Shown piece by piece: positions 61,901 through 64,000 of a DNA stretch of 64,000 nt. The number at the start of each line of letters is the position of its first letter. The first letter of the stretch is position 1. The notes beneath the pieces are model-generated. The model saw nothing but the letters and a program-made list of their open reading frames with translations, did no database searches and was not told where the DNA came from. The stretch comes from Euglena gracilis (lineage: Eukaryota), in the NCBI GenBank assembly GCA_039621445.1, contig CP154954.1, forward strand, positions 46,355,847 through 46,419,846, read 5' to 3'. Both the position numbers and the translations under genes were made by a program.

Positions 61901-63023
61901 TTTCATGGGTTTCCTATTTTTGATGGCAAGGGATGACGATGTGGGTGCGAAGGTGGATGCCAAGCGAAGAATTGTTTGGGAGATGTCAAGTGGATGCACG
62001 GATCCGATGCACCAAGAGGGCGGAAGCCTCCGCCTCCTCCTCCGCCCCCCGAGGAAGATTGGGGACAGACTTCAGCATTTGAAACGGAGGCCAAGGATAC
62101 CTTTTGAAAACAGACTTCTTTTTAGCACCCCCCCCCCAGGTCACCAATTGGAAAAAATTTTCTGCTTGCTGCCAAAAGCATGAAATGTGTTCCAAAGGTG
62201 CTTGGTTTGAGATATCCACAATGTCCTCCCACCAAATCAAGGTTCAAACGGTTCTGCAACACCGATTTTTTGAAAATATCACAAAAAAGGCAATTTTGCT
62301 GGAATCCCCCCCAAGGTCCCAATGTGGGGGATGGCAGAGTGGGTGCATGGAGGGGTTTCCCTCTATTTTCGTTGCACAGCCCCAATTTTTTTTGAACTCC
62401 AAATTGCCCCCCCCCCCAAAGTGGGTGCTCCCCCTGAGAGTCCCCCTCTAAGGGGTGGGGTGGATGGGTCCGTACCCCCCAGGTCCTAAAAAACCTCTGG
62501 TGCCAGGGGTGCAGTTTTTTTGGCAGGGTGTTTCCTATTTGCATGAATAGTGGTACAGAGCTTTGACATGGAAGGGGTTGTGTTTTGGGGCAGGTGGAAC
62601 ATGAAAACAATTCGAACCATGTTTTTTTCGGACGGGGCCTAGCTTGGACCATGTATGTGCTGGCACCATAGCAAAACGAGCAGATTTGGTCAAAGCCTGA
62701 CACAATAGGCACAACTGTCATTTTGGCCATCCTGATGGGTTTTGCGGCGTTTCTTTTTTTGACGTTCTCCAGCGGCGTTTCTTTTTTTGGGCATCTCCAG
62801 CGGCAGAAGCCTGTTGACCGACGACGTGCAACCCGACGCTGCCGCGAAGCACCGGAGGCCCAGCCATCGTCACGAGGAGCCGGCGGCTTCCCGCGGAAAG
62901 TGGGATGGCCCGGTGTCCTTTGCGGAGGAGCCCGCTGAGTGGGATGACCCTCCACCCCGGGAACGTGCGCCAAGGCCAGCACTCCACCCTGCTGTGTTCT
63001 TGAGACCACCGAATGAGCGTTAG
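19948..63023 (+). CDS. Large multi-exon host gene (span; exon set incomplete): RRM + Pcf11-like CTD-interacting domain + Pro-rich + RS-rich protein
   Basis: Runs of phase-compatible GT-AG exons: 19948-19974, 20020-20094, 20140-20286; 30215-30298, 32600-32792; 42349-42412, 43185-43292, 44668-44810, 45271-45447, 47709-47777, 48384-48516; 57743-57885, 59154-59226, 60156-60229, 61184-61409; terminal 62801-63023. Continuity between runs is inferred and could represent two genes. Confidence 0.6.
21023..21300. mobile_element. hAT-like MITE family A copy
   Basis: CAGGGGG-T-run ... GGTCTT-A-run-CCCCTG with the shared core GATATACTTTTC(A/G)GCGCCGCAGGCGC; TSD degenerate. Confidence 0.7.
25701..26300. 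repeat. ~111-bp minisatellite, 5 full units plus a partial unit
   Basis: Units start CTCAAATAACAAAATCCC at 25701, 25814, 25923, 26035, 26146 and 26257. Each contains GGGGGCTCCGCCCCC. Confidence 0.95.
30215..32792 (+). CDS. RRM domain, split over exons 30215-30298 and 32600-32792
   Basis: Spliced: EIVQLRGLPDDTNDSNIKTQIQ|AVYGPVDWVITLARNGGRIGFLTFKDAETARQLIAAGRLEVAGTTVTASRA (RNP2 VQLRGL, RNP1 RIGFLTF). Phase-0 GT-AG join. Confidence 0.8.
30528..30790. mobile_element. hAT-like MITE family A copy
   Basis: CAGGG...CCCTG ends; 8-bp TSD CTTTGAAA / CATTGAAA. Confidence 0.85.
36348..36658. mobile_element. hAT-like MITE family A copy
   Basis: Same ends and core; TSD GTTCGGAC / GTCGGAC (1-nt indel). 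Confidence 0.8.
38011..38499. mobile_element. hAT-like MITE
   Basis: Perfect 16-bp TIR CAGGGAATTTCTTAAG; perfect 8-bp TSD ATGGGAAG. Confidence 0.92.
41993..42274. mobile_element. hAT-like MITE family A copy
   Basis: CAGG...CCTG ends; perfect 8-bp TSD ATATGGTC. Confidence 0.9.
42349..45447 (+). CDS. CTD-interacting domain (CID), Pcf11-like, over four exons
   Basis: Spliced: TRLEKLTQPEKWTIDTLTSIAKDAMDDHAKEIVYAIERRIYSATGDAKLAAWYLLDSIAKNVGGVYVNRFAEHLPKMACRNMQITGSNQQKYAKLLRTWAEMAVFPPEVF. Contains the CID hallmark YLxDSIxKNVG and the TW..FP end. Confidence 0.88.
45989..46442. mobile_element. Foldback-type MITE with ~130-bp inverted arms, inserted in a (TA)n tract
   Basis: GGCAGGCGGGTAGCAGG...GACGCACATCCCC is mirrored by GGGGATGTGCGTC...CCTGCTACCCGCCTGCC. 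Flanked by TATATA. Confidence 0.8.
46452..46550. repeat. (GTAT)n microsatellite
   Basis: Seen directly. Confidence 0.95.
47975..48097. mobile_element. 123-bp hAT-like MITE
   Basis: Perfect 16-bp TIR CAGGGTTTGATATAAG; perfect TSD CGGATGAC. Confidence 0.92.
51409..51685. mobile_element. hAT-like MITE family A copy
   Basis: CAGGG...CCCTG; TSD GTTGGAGT / GGTGGAGT. Confidence 0.85.
52829..53232. mobile_element. hAT-like MITE
   Basis: 17-bp TIR CAGGCTTTTGCTTAAGG; perfect TSD ATTGGATC. Confidence 0.92.
53696..54253. mobile_element. TA-ended MITE with a nested insertion
   Basis: TA(A)CCCCCCCTGAATAG ... CTATTCAGGGGGGGTA, flanked on both sides by GTCACT. Confidence 0.65.
57743..60229 (+). CDS. RS-rich exons of the host gene
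   Basis: SRSRSKSRSRSKSRSNCRSRS...|RGSRSASRSNSRRKGP|KAEGAREKRSSSPSQASRSPKKAR. Phases match the neighbouring exons. Confidence 0.75.
58208..58607. mobile_element. TA-flanked MITE with CCCCCCACTTACTAA subterminal repeats
   Basis: TAAACCCCCC..CACTTA(C)TAA ... TTATAAGTGGGGGGTTTATA; a related end occurs at ~33250. Confidence 0.6.
59230..60149. mobile_element. Family-A-like hAT MITE with nested elements, inserted in a coding exon; candidate non-conventional intron 59227-60155
   Basis: CAGGGA...TCCCTG ends; TSD GCCCCAAG / GCCCC(C)AAG. Nested element 59306-59941 (25-bp TIR GGGAGGTAGGTTCGTGGGAGGTAGG) and a smaller one at ~59610-59685. Confidence 0.8.
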
Positions 63024-64000
63024 TTAGTGAGTAGATTTGTGTGCCTATCATTAATTAGGGGGAGATATTATTTATTTTGGGGTCCGTTGTTGCCCTCCCC
63101 CTTGGTGAGAAAGTGGGACTGCGTGTGCTTGTTTCTGACATTTCTCTTCGTCACTGCCCACATAGCGGATATCTCCCAAAGAATGATCCCTCTGCTGCAT
63201 ACTGGTGAAGACAAACAAAAATGGCAGAAAAATCACCAGGTACATCCAAAAAAGGTACAATGAAAAATTGATGAATTGAGCCTGTATGAATTTCAAAAAT
63301 TGTGGTCATTGCACAAAAAGTTACAAAAAATATTGGCCTGGAGAAATTGGCGAAAGAAATTTTGCAGTCATTTTTTGAGGTTGATAATCTAGCCCAACAT
63401 CCCCCCAACCCCCCCCCCTGGGCTCTGACTTCGGTGTTCAAATCATTATTATTTAGGGGGAAACACTCAAGGGGTAGGATGTTGGTGAAGGTTTGAATTT
63501 CCAATCTTAGCAAAGCCCTCCACACCTTCCTGTTTTTTTTTCTCCCCTTTTCAGGGTGCCGATATACATGTGGACTGAGGAGGATAGAGCTGAACACTGA
63601 AAATACAAAATGCCCAGACATGGAAATTGAAAACGGGCGATATTTCTGCCAAAAACCAGTGGGGACCCCCAGGGAATGATAGCAGCGAATAGCACACAAG
63701 GATCATGTCTTTGGAGTTGGGTCTGGGCTGCACAGGCCTCACACAATGCGCGTTGCAAGGGACCCTTTGGCACCACACCGGCAACCCTCCGTTCCGGCCA
63801 TCACACGGGGAGTGCTGCCCTCAAAACCAGCGGGTCAAAAAAAAGTCCGAAAAAATCGAAAAAATTTCGGACAGCCAACCATGAGTTTTTTTGGCCTCCG
63901 GCCCCAAAAGAGTGTTTTTTTGGTTTGGCCTCCCGCCCGGAAAACAAACTGTTTTTGAGCCGAAAGAGCGTTTTTGTTTTTGCCGCCAAGCCCGGGCGGA

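Overview
Eukaryotic, repeat-dense DNA, plausibly from a euglenid/euglenozoan (an inference from the retroelement types and intron style; the organism cannot be proven from this window). Positions 1-~7.2 kb hold the 5' part of a frameshifted Ty3/Gypsy-like LTR retrotransposon on the minus strand (gag, C5-cytosine methyltransferase, N6-adenine-methyltransferase-like domain, aspartic protease, RT running off the window). Positions 7201-13942 hold an apparently complete tyrosine-recombinase (YR) retrotransposon with split direct repeats and gag-YR-RT/RH order. Its first ORF reads cold-shock domain, 2A peptide, N6-adenine MTase, 2A peptide, Gag (CCHC). Positions ~14-19 kb hold CRE-like non-LTR remnants, MITEs and a satellite. 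From ~19.9 to 63.0 kb there is a large plus-strand multi-exon host gene (RRM, Pcf11-like CID, Pro-rich, RS-rich) whose introns are packed with MITEs, many with CAG...CTG termini and 8-bp TSDs. One of these MITEs sits inside a coding exon and looks like a transposon-derived non-conventional intron. Homopolymer indels appear frequent, so some frameshifts may be assembly errors. Most short GC-rich ORFs in the supplied track are spurious.
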